NCBI GenBank assembly: GCA_044892525.1
Contig: CM097888.1
Coordinates: 28,024,001 to 28,088,000, forward strand
DNA length: 64,000 nt
Direction: 5' to 3'
Source of the DNA: Schmidtea polychroa
Lineage: Eukaryota
This document shows, piece by piece, positions 40,013-50,900 of this stretch; position 1 is the first letter of the stretch, and the number at the start of each line of letters is the position of its first letter. The position numbers were made by a program, and so were the translations under genes. The notes beneath the pieces were generated by a model. The model searched no databases, was not told the origin of the DNA, and saw only the letters and a list, made by a program, of their open reading frames with translations.

Positions 40013-42418
40013 CTAGAAAATCAATCATTGTTTATATTTACTCGAAGAAACCTCTATCAGTGTGAAGAAAAATCAAATTTTTGGGCATGGTTTTGGAGTT
40101 TGATCAAACATACCACCCAACGATGACCCACACACTTCTTCATCCATCTCTATACGCAGTCATTCAGTTGCAAACATTCAAATCTCTTCACCTGATTCGT
40201 GTAATTTAAGAAAAGGAAACGGGGATTCGTATACCAAAAATTCTTTCTACACAAACCTCGCCCTTTGAGTTTAATTTCGGATGGGCCATTCCCAGGTAAA
40301 ACCCGTCTTTTACTTTATCCCCTTCAACCTTGTTCCCATTAGTATATTTTAATTAAGAATTTTTGCCGATATCATTATGGCAATTCGTCGAGGTAGGCCT
40401 GCCTAACATTACAGAGAAATAATTCACGGCGACGGAATAGATTATTTATGTTTTTATCTCGTTCAAAATTATGGAATTGATCGTGTAATCAGTTGAAAAT
40501 TCAGCTCTAATCTACATCTAATTAATTCCAACAACGCGTCGAAAATCGTCGTCATGGAAAACGTTTACTTGTGATTATGCATTATGATTGACTGTGTAGG
40601 TGTGTCATTACTCCTGGTGGTATCTGTAACTGTATGTTGGCTATCTCCGCGAATGATGGTTTATGCTGTTATGATAAATTATTGTATATCGAGTTGTGTA
40701 GGGGAAATCCATCCCCTTACTTCATCCTATTATCTCGCTATTCTAGAGAAATTTATACCATCATGCCGCTATTACATCACCAAAATCGTTGATTTCCTTT
40801 TACACTGCCCTATGCATATTTGACTGTGGTGCGTGTGTATGTGCATGCTCAAGTCGGAATATTAGCGGTTGCGTAATAGATTCCTCAAATAAGCAGCCGT
40901 AGATGAATCGAAAAATCAGATTAATCAATCTGAGTGGGCGACAACTTCATAGATTATTGGGTAAGCTCAACAATATCATCTAATTTCCTTTTACGATATT
41001 AATTCAGATCAATGACTATCAGCTTATTCATTTGACATTTTCCCAGAAAAGTTAACATGTTATCTCCTTCTCCAGGACGTTATCAGATATCTCCTGTCGA
41101 CTAACTCTACGCAGGCTAATGCAAATCAACTGATTTCGTTATCGTTGACAACTACTGTCTGCGGGCTCGAAGTAAGAATTTTGATAATTTCACTACAAGA
41201 TGTTTACTTCCCTGTCAGCGAGAGATTCTTTATCACTGGCATTGGTGACTCAAGGACGACAATCAAATCGTAAGAGTACATCGACAATGGATGTAGCCGC
41301 TAACATCATGACGGCACAAATCAGACAGAACCTTGTAAACGCAGAGCGTCACCGCAAAATCGTTGGATTTACTTGCAATCTATGGTCGACACCGTTCTTT
41401 CCTAACTACGTCGATTGACCGGCTGAATATCACGAAAAGAATTTTCCTCCTATCTATGTGGATTATCATCGAATCTGTACGAACGTCACTGCCTATCTCG
41501 CTCTGAATTGTCTGCATTCGGAATTCAAATCATCTCTACATCTACTGGGAATCTCGATTTAACTAAATGAACCGATGGTACGCTCTACAGACGATCGCGC
41601 TTGATGAAGGAACGGTCATTTATTAACTGGATGTTCCACCTACTGAGTTTCTTCACCCCTCACGACACACCCAAGAAGGCATTCATTGCTGCCACCTCCT
41701 TGCACCGTCATGAGGGACCAATCAACTCTTTTCCATTCAATCAAATCAACAATATAATAATCAAACTGAATGATAGAAAATGCATAAATAAAATTTACCC
41801 GGCGACCATATCATTTGGATCTCCGAGTATGATGTTGCTCCTCCTACATGATCGAAACCTCATCGTCTCCTTGGTGGATCTCTAATATGACAAATATCAC
41901 TCTCTACAAATATCACATTCTCTTTTCAGCATGTTCGTGATTTCTTATGCATACCAACCTTTCCACGGTGGTGTCCTCTACTGCAGTGCAATTCCAACTC
42001 GTCCACATCATACTGGGAGCTCTCAGATGGTACAGTCGTCGGTACCATGAAGAAAGGCAACTTTTCATTTAAATAAATTTATTATAAGAAATTGTTTTAT
42101 TATATTTATAATGATTAACTAAATTAAACTAATAACCATAAATAAAACAACTGTCGAGGCATACCTTGAGTTTCGAAAACTGAAGTTAAATCGGTTGAAT
42201 TTAAAATTTTTCCCGAATGGATTTGTAGTTTGGCCTCTATATATTTCTTCCTCGGTTTGGTTTGGTAATCTCTGAACTAGTTCGCTGTAGGATAATTAAA
42301 GATTCCGAAATCTGTCAAGTCTGTAGAAAAATTTTTTAAAAGTGGTCGTATATAACGAACCGAAGTTTACCTGTAGAAAAATTTTTTAAAAGTGGTAATC
42401 TACAGATATTTTCCGTTC

Positions 42419-42442
42419 CTTATATATTATTTTTCGTCCAAT
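42419..42442 (-). promoter_or_regulatory. LTR promoter: inverted CCAAT box plus TATATAAG
   Basis: Conserved in both LTR copies; a ~25-bp direct repeat pair lies just downstream in both. Confidence 0.55.
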
Positions 42443-43176
42443 CAGGACACGACTTGTTTGTATTTTTACTATTTATTATTATTTTTATGTTTTTTATTAT
42501 AATATATTAGATTTTAATGACTTAACTTATTTCCTATTATTATTTTATTTATTTTCTTATTTTTATTATTTTCCTCCTATTTTTCCTGTGGATTTATTGC
42601 TACTTTATTGTAATATAATTTTTTGTTTTAATTAGACTTAAAGATAGTTTTATTTTTTATTTATTTCTTAAATTTCTCTTTTATTTGTTGTCACTTTTTT
42701 ACTTATTTTATTCTATTTCATCTGCTGGGTCCTAAATCGCTTTATTTCTAAATCTCAAGGGGTTTATTGGGTTTTATTTAGTTTGTTTTACTTATTCTTA
42801 TTCTCTTATTGATATTTTATTGTTCCTTTTTGATTTATTAGCGAGAATTTGATGGTACTTTATATTTTTATTTTATTTCGTTTATTTTTCAAGGATTACT
42901 TTTCTATTCGCTCCAGTTTTCGAAACTCCACGTTTTAGCCCAACAAATCACTCCGGGGCCCGTTAAAATTGCGCCCCGCAATTCACATAATATCATACGT
43001 TTAACTCATACCTTTTTTCGGCATAACAACTAATTTCACGGTCAACATTCACACAAACATAAAATTAAAATAACTAAATAATACTTTAATTAAACAGATA
43101 AAAGGACAAATATAAGCAAGCAGTGGCCACTTTAGGTGACCGGATTTATACACACAAAGTTTATGAATGGTCGATG

Positions 43177-43803
43177 TCACATGATCTCAAGGTTCGGAAT
43201 GTCTTGGTTGGTTGAATTCTGGGTCGGATGGCTGGTTGAAGTTGTTATCGTGGGGAGCTGGATTGTAACAGGCATTTGGTCAGGAGATAGATTTTGTTGC
43301 ATTTGGTCGGGTGGGTTTGGTTGTTGAAAATATACTGCTCGTTTATGTTTATTTTTCGATCGTGGGTTCTTTCTTTCGTGTTTCTCGGATAGTGACTGGT
43401 TTCTTCTCCATGTTCGATGAATATCATACGCTTTCCAGATGACTAGTGCGCAGATGATAAGAGTTTCACTGATGGTAGTATAGAGTAAGACTTGGCTTTC
43501 TTTTACTTCCTTCTTCATGATGATTTCCTTCAAGGATTGTTGGGTGGTTTGTTCTTGTAAGAGAATTTCGAGCTGTTCGATTTTTTGGGTTTGTAGGTGG
43601 AGTTGCATTTGAAGTTTTTGCCAGACGGCTTTGTTCCAGCATTGTTTCGGGATGTTGTTGGAGAGCTTTCTTTCGCTTTTCAGTTTGGTTAACGGGTTTT
43701 GCTGTTTCTCGGGATTCTCCCAGAATGTTGGGATTGGCTGCCACATGGGTATTCCGTTTATCGCTATCATCATTATTGTCACCAGGGTTGCTCCGAACCA
43801 CAT
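43177..43803 (-). CDS. Accessory ORF, predicted type-I membrane protein (208 aa)
   Basis: N-terminal hydrophobic signal MWFGATLVTIMMIAING; TM LLYTTISETLIICALVIW followed by a basic and then Q/P/T-rich tail. Confidence 0.65.
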   Translation of the reverse strand: MWFGATLVTIMMIAINGIPMWQPIPTFWENPEKQQNPLTKLKSERKLSNNIPKQCWNKAVWQKLQMQLHLQTQKIEQLEILLQEQTTQQSLKEIIMKKEVKESQVLLYTTISETLIICALVIWKAYDIHRTWRRNQSLSEKHERKNPRSKNKHKRAVYFQQPNPPDQMQQNLSPDQMPVTIQLPTITTSTSHPTQNSTNQDIPNLEIM

Positions 43804-43858
43804 ACTACTATACGAAAATTTTTATTTACAATTATTTACATTGATCATTCATCTTTAA

Positions 43859-44560
43859 TTATTGCCGGGTTTTCTTTTTACGGGTTTTCTCGGATGTTCT
43901 CATCACTCTCGTTTCTGCTTTTATTACTCGTTTTCTCAATTCGGGTAGTACTTTTAATTGTTTGTCTCTTTCGTCTAACTGTTGCCTTAGGGTTATTATT
44001 TTTTCTTTTAGTGCTTTTATTTCTTGTGTTGCTCTTTCGAGGTTTTTATGGTTCATTATCTGTAGAAAATCATTTTCCCTTTCCCCGTCTTCTTCGTTGT
44101 CTATTTCCTGGTATTTGTTGTTCATTCGTCTCATTATCTCACATTCTTTCTGTTTTTGGTGTAGTTGGAGTTGTAACTCTTTCAGGCTTTCTTGGTGTTT
44201 CCGTGCCTCGGTTTTCCAATAGTCACTAATCACTTCGTCGGCCTTTCGACTGGCCCTCTCCTGCCATAATTCTTCCGCGATCTTTTCCCAATTTCTCCCT
44301 CGCTTTCTTTGCTCGTGAAGCCATTCGTTTTCTTTCTCTACTTCTTTCTTTACTCCTTCTAACAAGATATATTCTCTTTTCAATACTTTAATCCTTTTTC
44401 GATTATCTCTCCACCTTTCAACTAATCTTTCGTTTTCCTGTCTCTCTTCTTGTAATTCTTCCTTGATAGTTTTCTTCCTCTCCACTTCATCAACTTCAAT
44501 TTCTCCCTCTTCTAACTCGATTATAGATGTTATGCTGGGTTGTCCGTTTTCAGTGTTCAT
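43859..44560 (-). CDS. Accessory coiled-coil protein (233 aa)
   Basis: Intact ATG ORF, E/K/R-rich heptads, same A-rich strand bias as the polyprotein. Confidence 0.7.
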   Translation of the reverse strand: MNTENGQPSITSIIELEEGEIEVDEVERKKTIKEELQEERQENERLVERWRDNRKRIKVLKREYILLEGVKKEVEKENEWLHEQRKRGRNWEKIAEELWQERASRKADEVISDYWKTEARKHQESLKELQLQLHQKQKECEIMRRMNNKYQEIDNEEDGERENDFLQIMNHKNLERATQEIKALKEKIITLRQQLDERDKQLKVLPELRKRVIKAETRVMRTSEKTRKKKTRQ

Positions 44561-44734
44561 TTTCTATAATATATACATAATTAATAATTGCGCTACAGTG
44601 CGGCTTATACTTATACATTTATATGTTATTTTATAATCAGGGTTACAGTCCCTTTCATACTTTTACTGTACCATTAATTTTTTTGGTTGGGATACAGGTC
44701 CCGATTTTTATATTTTTTATCTTTCCTTTTATCT

Positions 44735-45772
44735 TTATACAAAGGTCTCTTCCTGGCCTACATATCCCTCATCGCTTTCTACTGACGTTTGTAATTGGAG
44801 TGCGATGGGATCAAATGGGATGTAGTACCGGGGAATCTGCGCTCTAAGTTCTTGCACTTCGTCTCTTAGTGCTCTTGACACGTTAAGTTCCTCGTCCAAC
44901 AGGTATGTTAGATACCTGGTTTCATCGTCTCTTACCTCTATCTGTTTTTCTAGCTCTTCCGCTTTTTCGCCGTTTTCCCATTTCTTGATCTCTATCTCCA
45001 GATTTTTAAGATTTTCGTTATACATTTTCCTTTCGTTTTCTAACTTTTTGTTTTTCCCCGCCAGTACCATATTTCTCTGCTCCAGAGCTCCTTGGTATCC
45101 GTTGACATCTCGTTCTAGTTCTGCGACCTTATTCACCAGTTCCACGAGTCGTCCTGACTGTTGAAGTATCAGTTCTTCCATTGCGGCATTCTCGTGCTCC
45201 CTTATGGAGATTTTCATGGCTAGATGTCTTTCAAATTCCATGGCTTTGGTCTGCCATGTTTGGCTTCGGGCCGCAATCTTTCTGAGCCGTTTCAGTTCTT
45301 CTCTCATGACCAGATTTTCCTCCCATTTGCCTTGTTCGCTTTCGTATTCTAATCTCATAGGCAATTCTTTCATTTCTTTTTTCATCTCTTTGTTCTGCCG
45401 CTTCCAGTTTCGGGCTTCTGCCAATAGGTGATTCATTTTCCTTCCTTCCTTTTGTTTTTCTGCTTCTCGTTTTGTGTTTTCGTCCGTCAATCGTTTCCGT
45501 GCTTCCTGCACTAACTGTTTTAAATAGTGGCTGTGCGCTTCTTGGCGAGTGTTTTCCAATGATGCCCACTTAGAGGCTCTTTTGCATGCTTCTGCTTCGG
45601 CTCTTAAATTGTTTACTAACCACTGATATTTGTTATTCTCGTATTCCCTGGCCTCTTCGAGATGGTTGTGGGTCTGGTTCGTCAATTGTAACATTACTTT
45701 GACCCATTTTCCCTTATGGATTTTATTGACTTTGGTTTCGTGGTTTGGGGCTTCAGTTCCTTCTTGTGTCAT
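44735..45772 (-). CDS. Accessory coiled-coil protein (345 aa)
   Basis: Intact ATG ORF, long heptad-rich helical sequence. Confidence 0.72.
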   Translation of the reverse strand: MTQEGTEAPNHETKVNKIHKGKWVKVMLQLTNQTHNHLEEAREYENNKYQWLVNNLRAEAEACKRASKWASLENTRQEAHSHYLKQLVQEARKRLTDENTKREAEKQKEGRKMNHLLAEARNWKRQNKEMKKEMKELPMRLEYESEQGKWEENLVMREELKRLRKIAARSQTWQTKAMEFERHLAMKISIREHENAAMEELILQQSGRLVELVNKVAELERDVNGYQGALEQRNMVLAGKNKKLENERKMYNENLKNLEIEIKKWENGEKAEELEKQIEVRDDETRYLTYLLDEELNVSRALRDEVQELRAQIPRYYIPFDPIALQLQTSVESDEGYVGQEETFV

Positions 45773-45992
45773 CTTTGTCTAAATAACGATATCATTAACT
45801 TAACGTTGTACGCTTATATCTGGTTTATTAGTTATTTATTTTTATAATTCGTTATAGGAGTTGTTTTAGGAGTTTTTCGCTTAAGTTTACCTTTGGTAGA
45901 TTTGGGGGGAATTTTTCTACACTACTATATAATATTTTACTGGATATATACGCCGATATTTACAATTAGTATATACAAAATTATTCGTCTCT

Positions 45993-47381
45993 CTACTCAG
46001 TCCTACTCTTCCCGTCTCGCCTCACCGCTATTTTCATGTATATAGTGTCGTTTCTCGTCATGTCTTCTACTTTCCGCTGTAGGATGAAATTTGGTGCTCC
46101 AGTTGCTGGTCCTTCTTCTTCCAAGGGCCTTTGGTAACATACGAGGTTTCCCGCTGTATGGAAACTCTGTTCGTGTATACTTTGATAGTTCATCATTGCG
46201 AGGTCTATTTTTGCTTTGAATGGCCATTCTATTAACTCGTCGTATGGCCCTTTGCACATCAAGAAGAATACTGAGAAATGCGTTCCGTATGCACTTCCAT
46301 CCCCATTGGGGTATGCTTTCATTTTCATTTTATACCCGTTTTTCCATGAGTAGAATGCTGGACTTAGTAATGTTGTATCCTTTCCATTTCTCGCTCTCTG
46401 CATCTTCTCTTTTACTCCCGTTATTTTCCATATGTACGGAGCCGTAGGTATTAATTCGTTGAGGTTTAATTCGCTTACTTTTTGATGTAGTTCTTTCACC
46501 ATAATGTTGCTAGTTTCTACTAGATCTGTCTGTATCTTTGTACTTGTTCTCGCCTCTTCAAATGCTTCCTTTTCTTCCAATAGTTCTTTTACCAACGCTT
46601 TTAGCGAGACTATTTCTCTTTCTAAGTTTTCGGTTTTCCTTTCGTTTTCCTGTAATACCGTTGACCATATTTCCGCGTGTGTTGATACGTTTTCTGCTAG
46701 ATGTTGGGGTAATTCCCCTCGGTGTAATTGTTTCGGACATCCCCATTTTCCTAGCACACACGTTATCTTTTTTCTTTCACACTCTTTTAGATGTTGAGCG
46801 AGTTTTATTACTCCGGGTTTATCGCATTTGTTGGGGCATTCTCCTCTGAATTCTGCGCACACTTTCTCCTCTTGTATGTTGTGATGTTGACTGATTAGTT
46901 TCTTCCAGGTGTCGTTTTCTCCGCAATACTCGCATTTCTCTAGTCTTTCTTCGCATCGACTTTGATGTTCTGCTTCTTCATTGACTTTAATCTCTTCTTG
47001 GCAACGTTTGCATTGACTGATTTTATACTCACATTGCTCCATATGTTGCCTCACTTCCCATATCACTCCTCGCCAATTACATGGGGTGTTTTTACATCCT
47101 AGGTTTGCATTCAACATATCTTTTACAGCTGCTTTATCTTCGTTTGTATCTCCCAAACTTGTTATCATTGTTTCTTTGCATACTGGGCACCATTGTGGTC
47201 CCTTCTTTATTATCTCCTCTACACATTCTCTGCACATTCTGCATCCACATCTGGTTTGGTGAGGTTCTCTTAATAAGCTCTTGCATATTCCACACGTTAC
47301 ATGGTTGTGTATTCGAATTGTGGTGGACTTTCTGATTTGTTCAACAATTTCTCTGAATTCTTCTCGTTGTCGCTTATCCAT
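45993..47381 (-). CDS. Intronless TRAF-family protein (RING, TRAF zinc fingers, coiled coil, MATH), 462 aa
   Basis: CGICKSLLREPHQTRCGCRMCRECV..CPVC; zinc fingers HMEQCEY..CKRC; MATH YIWKI..SPAFYS..GYKMKM..YPNGDG..GTHFSVFF..KGPYDELIEWPF. Confidence 0.95.
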   Translation of the reverse strand: MDKRQREEFREIVEQIRKSTTIRIHNHVTCGICKSLLREPHQTRCGCRMCRECVEEIIKKGPQWCPVCKETMITSLGDTNEDKAAVKDMLNANLGCKNTPCNWRGVIWEVRQHMEQCEYKISQCKRCQEEIKVNEEAEHQSRCEERLEKCEYCGENDTWKKLISQHHNIQEEKVCAEFRGECPNKCDKPGVIKLAQHLKECERKKITCVLGKWGCPKQLHRGELPQHLAENVSTHAEIWSTVLQENERKTENLEREIVSLKALVKELLEEKEAFEEARTSTKIQTDLVETSNIMVKELHQKVSELNLNELIPTAPYIWKITGVKEKMQRARNGKDTTLLSPAFYSWKNGYKMKMKAYPNGDGSAYGTHFSVFFLMCKGPYDELIEWPFKAKIDLAMMNYQSIHEQSFHTAGNLVCYQRPLEEEGPATGAPNFILQRKVEDMTRNDTIYMKIAVRRDGKSRTE

Positions 47382-47470
47382 TTCTATAATTATATATATA
47401 CATATATTCGTTACTGGTACAGTTTCGTATTTTTATTTACATTTATTTACATTGCTATTTTAGGTTATAT

Positions 47471-47830
47471 TTATTGGCTGGAAGAGTCGGCCTCTTGTCC
47501 GCCCTCTTCCCTGTTGGTTAACCATTCTGACCAGTCTTCTATCTCCTCTCGCTCCATCTCTTCCGCGATTCTTATTAACTCCTCTTCTTGCACCTGGCTG
47601 TATCGTGATATTCGGTCTATCTCTCGCTGCATTTGTTCTATTTTCATTCGTTGGTCTTCGATTATTCTTACATAATTGAAGCCTTTATTTAAACTTTCGA
47701 CTAAGCTTCTTTGTACAGCGAGTCCTTGTTCCTGTAAATTCGAAATCACTTGAGTTAACATTGCACATTGTTGTTTCCACATCTCCTCGGTTGTTGTACT
47801 GTGGTTTACTTCCTCGCCTATTCGCTCCAT
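47471..47830 (-). CDS. Accessory small coiled-coil/acidic ORF (~119 aa from ATG 47830)
   Basis: Open frame 47471-47854; first ATG at 47830; helical, acidic C-terminus. Confidence 0.55.
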   Translation of the reverse strand: MERIGEEVNHSTTTEEMWKQQCAMLTQVISNLQEQGLAVQRSLVESLNKGFNYVRIIEDQRMKIEQMQREIDRISRYSQVQEEELIRIAEEMEREEIEDWSEWLTNREEGGQEADSSSQ

Positions 47831-47998
47831 TCTTAATTTATATATACTTTTCAATCCTTATCTAATTTTATTTTCATATTAATTATCCCCATCATTATAT
47901 ACTATTGATACCGCGCTTATATAAAAATATAGAATACTGTTATATAAATAAATATTTCCTACTTACTTTTTACAATCTATATACAGTCATAATCCTTT

Positions 47999-50900
47999 CT
48001 ATATACGTGAGCTTGGAGGGCGCTGAGCATTCCAGGCCTCCACCCACTGTTCCTGCTTGATATTACTTGGTCGTTTTACACGATGTTGAAAATTTCTTAT
48101 TCTGGCCATTTCTAGTTCTCCGTGATGCCGTCTATCTTTGATTATTTTTATTGTCCCCCCCGTTATGATTAAAAAGGCCCCTGTTATTATTATGCCGCTG
48201 ATCCACATCATCTGTTTTATGCTTATAATTTCCGCTTTTTCCTTGCTCGTTATTGTTGATATTGCTTCTGTGCTTTTTAGATTACCGTCTTTGCCATTTC
48301 CTTTCATCATTCCTCGTATTCTTGCTATTTCCTCGTTCATACCTTCCTTTGCCATTTTTTGTATTTTCTCCATCTCCTCCTCGGATACATAATTGTCTTG
48401 ATGTTTCTCACTGTTTTTCTTGCGTTTTCCTTGCTCATCTTTTTCATCATCGATTTTTCTTTTCTTCCCTCTTTTCCCAGGGTATCGTCGACATTCTCTC
48501 GCTGTATCTTTTCTCCAGATGCATATTGTGTATTCTTTTGGAGGTTGTTGCTGTATTACATATTGTAGACAGTCTTCACCCGGTCTTAATCTTGCGATGC
48601 AGACTTTGTGTTCTTTTCTTGGCTGGAGTTGCGTTATCACTACCTCACCTCCTTTTCCCAGGTGTACCTCCTTCCCTTTGACTTTCGTTATTCTCTTTCC
48701 TTCTCGATTTCGGTATGCTTCTTGTATTCTTACTTCCGTTATTGGTTCTGCATCTTCATTTTTTAACACTAGTCTCTGATAAGCTCTAGACATACATCTT
48801 CCTAATATACACCTTTCTTTTAAATCCCATTCTTCTTTTAGATCCCATTGCTGCTCTTGTACTTGTTTTTTCTTTTCTTGTTTTAGTTCTTCCTCTTTGT
48901 TGTCCTTATTTTCCGTTTCTTTGGCTTCTTTTATCGTTCTCATTCCTCCCTGGGCTGTTATCATTTCCACCATTGTTAATACGAGTATCATTATCATCAT
49001 ATTTGTCTCCATTTCTTTGTTGGTAAAAAGTAGACATACCCTCTGTTTTCCACTATTCGTCTTTTCTTCTTGCTTTATTCGGTTTCTCGGGTTGTTTTCC
49101 TCTTTTTTCCTACTCGCGTCGTTATTTTCTTGATTATTCTCCTCTGATTTCTCTTTCTCTTTATTCCCGTTTCGACTTTTTTCATTATTATCGTCGTCTT
49201 TATCGTCTTTATCTCCCCCGCTATCGTTTATAATGTCGTCCTCGACATTTATATCATTCAACAATCTGCGGTATGCCGTTAGCACTCTGTTTCTTGCTAA
49301 TTTTGCTTCGAGTTCGAACTCCTTTCTGCCTGTTGCTACATGTCTCTTTCTATTCCATTCTTTCACTAATTCTCTTAATTGTATCCGACGATGTTTCCCG
49401 ATTCGCTTTTGTTCGTTTAGATTCTGCGTGAATTTGAGATCTTCCCTGTTTAATACGATCATTATGATTTTCGGAGTTCCTCCTTTTGTTAGTGTATTTT
49501 TAACCATAGCATTTTCTCCGTTTTCGTAGAACTCATTTATATTTATTGCATATTTATTGCTTTGTGGTATTCTCCATGTTAGCAGCAACTTCATGGCTTC
49601 TAAGTTCATCCGTATCGTGTTCCATTGGAACTGTGACGTGTTTTTACAGATATTTTCTACCTCAGTTCTTGTAGCATTTTTACAAATGAATCTAATCATT
49701 TCCAAGTTTGGTTGTATTGTTGCCCAATCCATGGCAGAATTTCCTTCGTTTGATATTTCGTCAAGTCTTGATCCCGATCGATGTAGTATATGTAATGTTT
49801 TCGGGTGTATATTTGTTATGGCTGCATACATCATTGCTGTTTCTCCTTGTTCATTTTTTGCATTAGATTCTTCTCCGAAGTCTCTAAGGATTCTTATGAT
49901 GGTTATTGCTCTGTTTTCTTTTGCTGCTAAAATGGCTTGTTGTAATGGTGTTCTTGAGTCTTTTGTTGGTAAGGTGAATGCTAGTGGTATAAATGTTTTT
50001 ATTTTTCCTATGTCTAGATTTGTGGTCTGATCTCTTGCGTAGGTGTGTACTGTTTTGGTTATTTTTGCTAGTATCGCTTCATCGGATAGATCTTGCATTT
50101 CTTCAAAGAATACTTCTTTAGCCTTACGTACTACTATCTCTTGGTCGGAGTTTATTGTCTTTGGTTTACTTGTTGTTGCTATATCGGTTATTGGTTGATC
50201 GACTTGTTCCTCAGACTCTCTTGCTTTTACTTTCTTCCTTTTTATCTTTTTCTTGTTCGAATTGTTAATGCGTTCCTCTGCCGTTAGAACTTGAATAATG
50301 CTTAGGTAAGTTTCTCGAATGTTGTTCATATTTTCCATCATATATAATACATTCACGGTTTCCCAAAATTTTACTTGTACTTTATCGGTAAATTGAGATA
50401 TAGCTTTTTCGAAGTTGATAATTCGTTTTCTGATTAGTTGTTCGTCTTTGTGATTTGAGAACTTTATGCCACGTTGTAGTAGTTGATTTGGAATTTCGAA
50501 TAGGTGATGTCCTCTCATCGCTTCTCTCATCAAGGTATTTTCTCCTTTGGTAAATGTTTCGTTTATATCTACCATATAATCGTTTTTGATCGGGTTCCTC
50601 CATGCAATTAGTATTCCAGTAATTGTTATTAATTTCTCTTTGATTGCAGTTAATAGCCCGTCATACATGTTTCCTATCTCTCTATTATCCTCATATGATA
50701 ATAGATCTACTAAGATTATGAAGGCTTCCGTACTTTTCCCTTCGATTGCATGATGTAGTGCATTTTTCTGGTTGTGGTCTTGTGTGGTTATCTTTGACCC
50801 AGTTTCAAGTAATGCGATGATAATATCTTTAGCTTTATCCCGATTGGCTGCTATCATTAGTGGAGTGTAACCTTGGTTGTTTTCTTGATCTGTCGAAATG

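Larger units (their letters stand above)
38712..42945 (-). mobile_element. LTR (4234 bp), inferred 3' LTR of the giant element
   Basis: TGTTGG...CCAACA termini, homologous to the solo LTR; flanks ATGG and AATC do not match each other. Confidence 0.8.
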
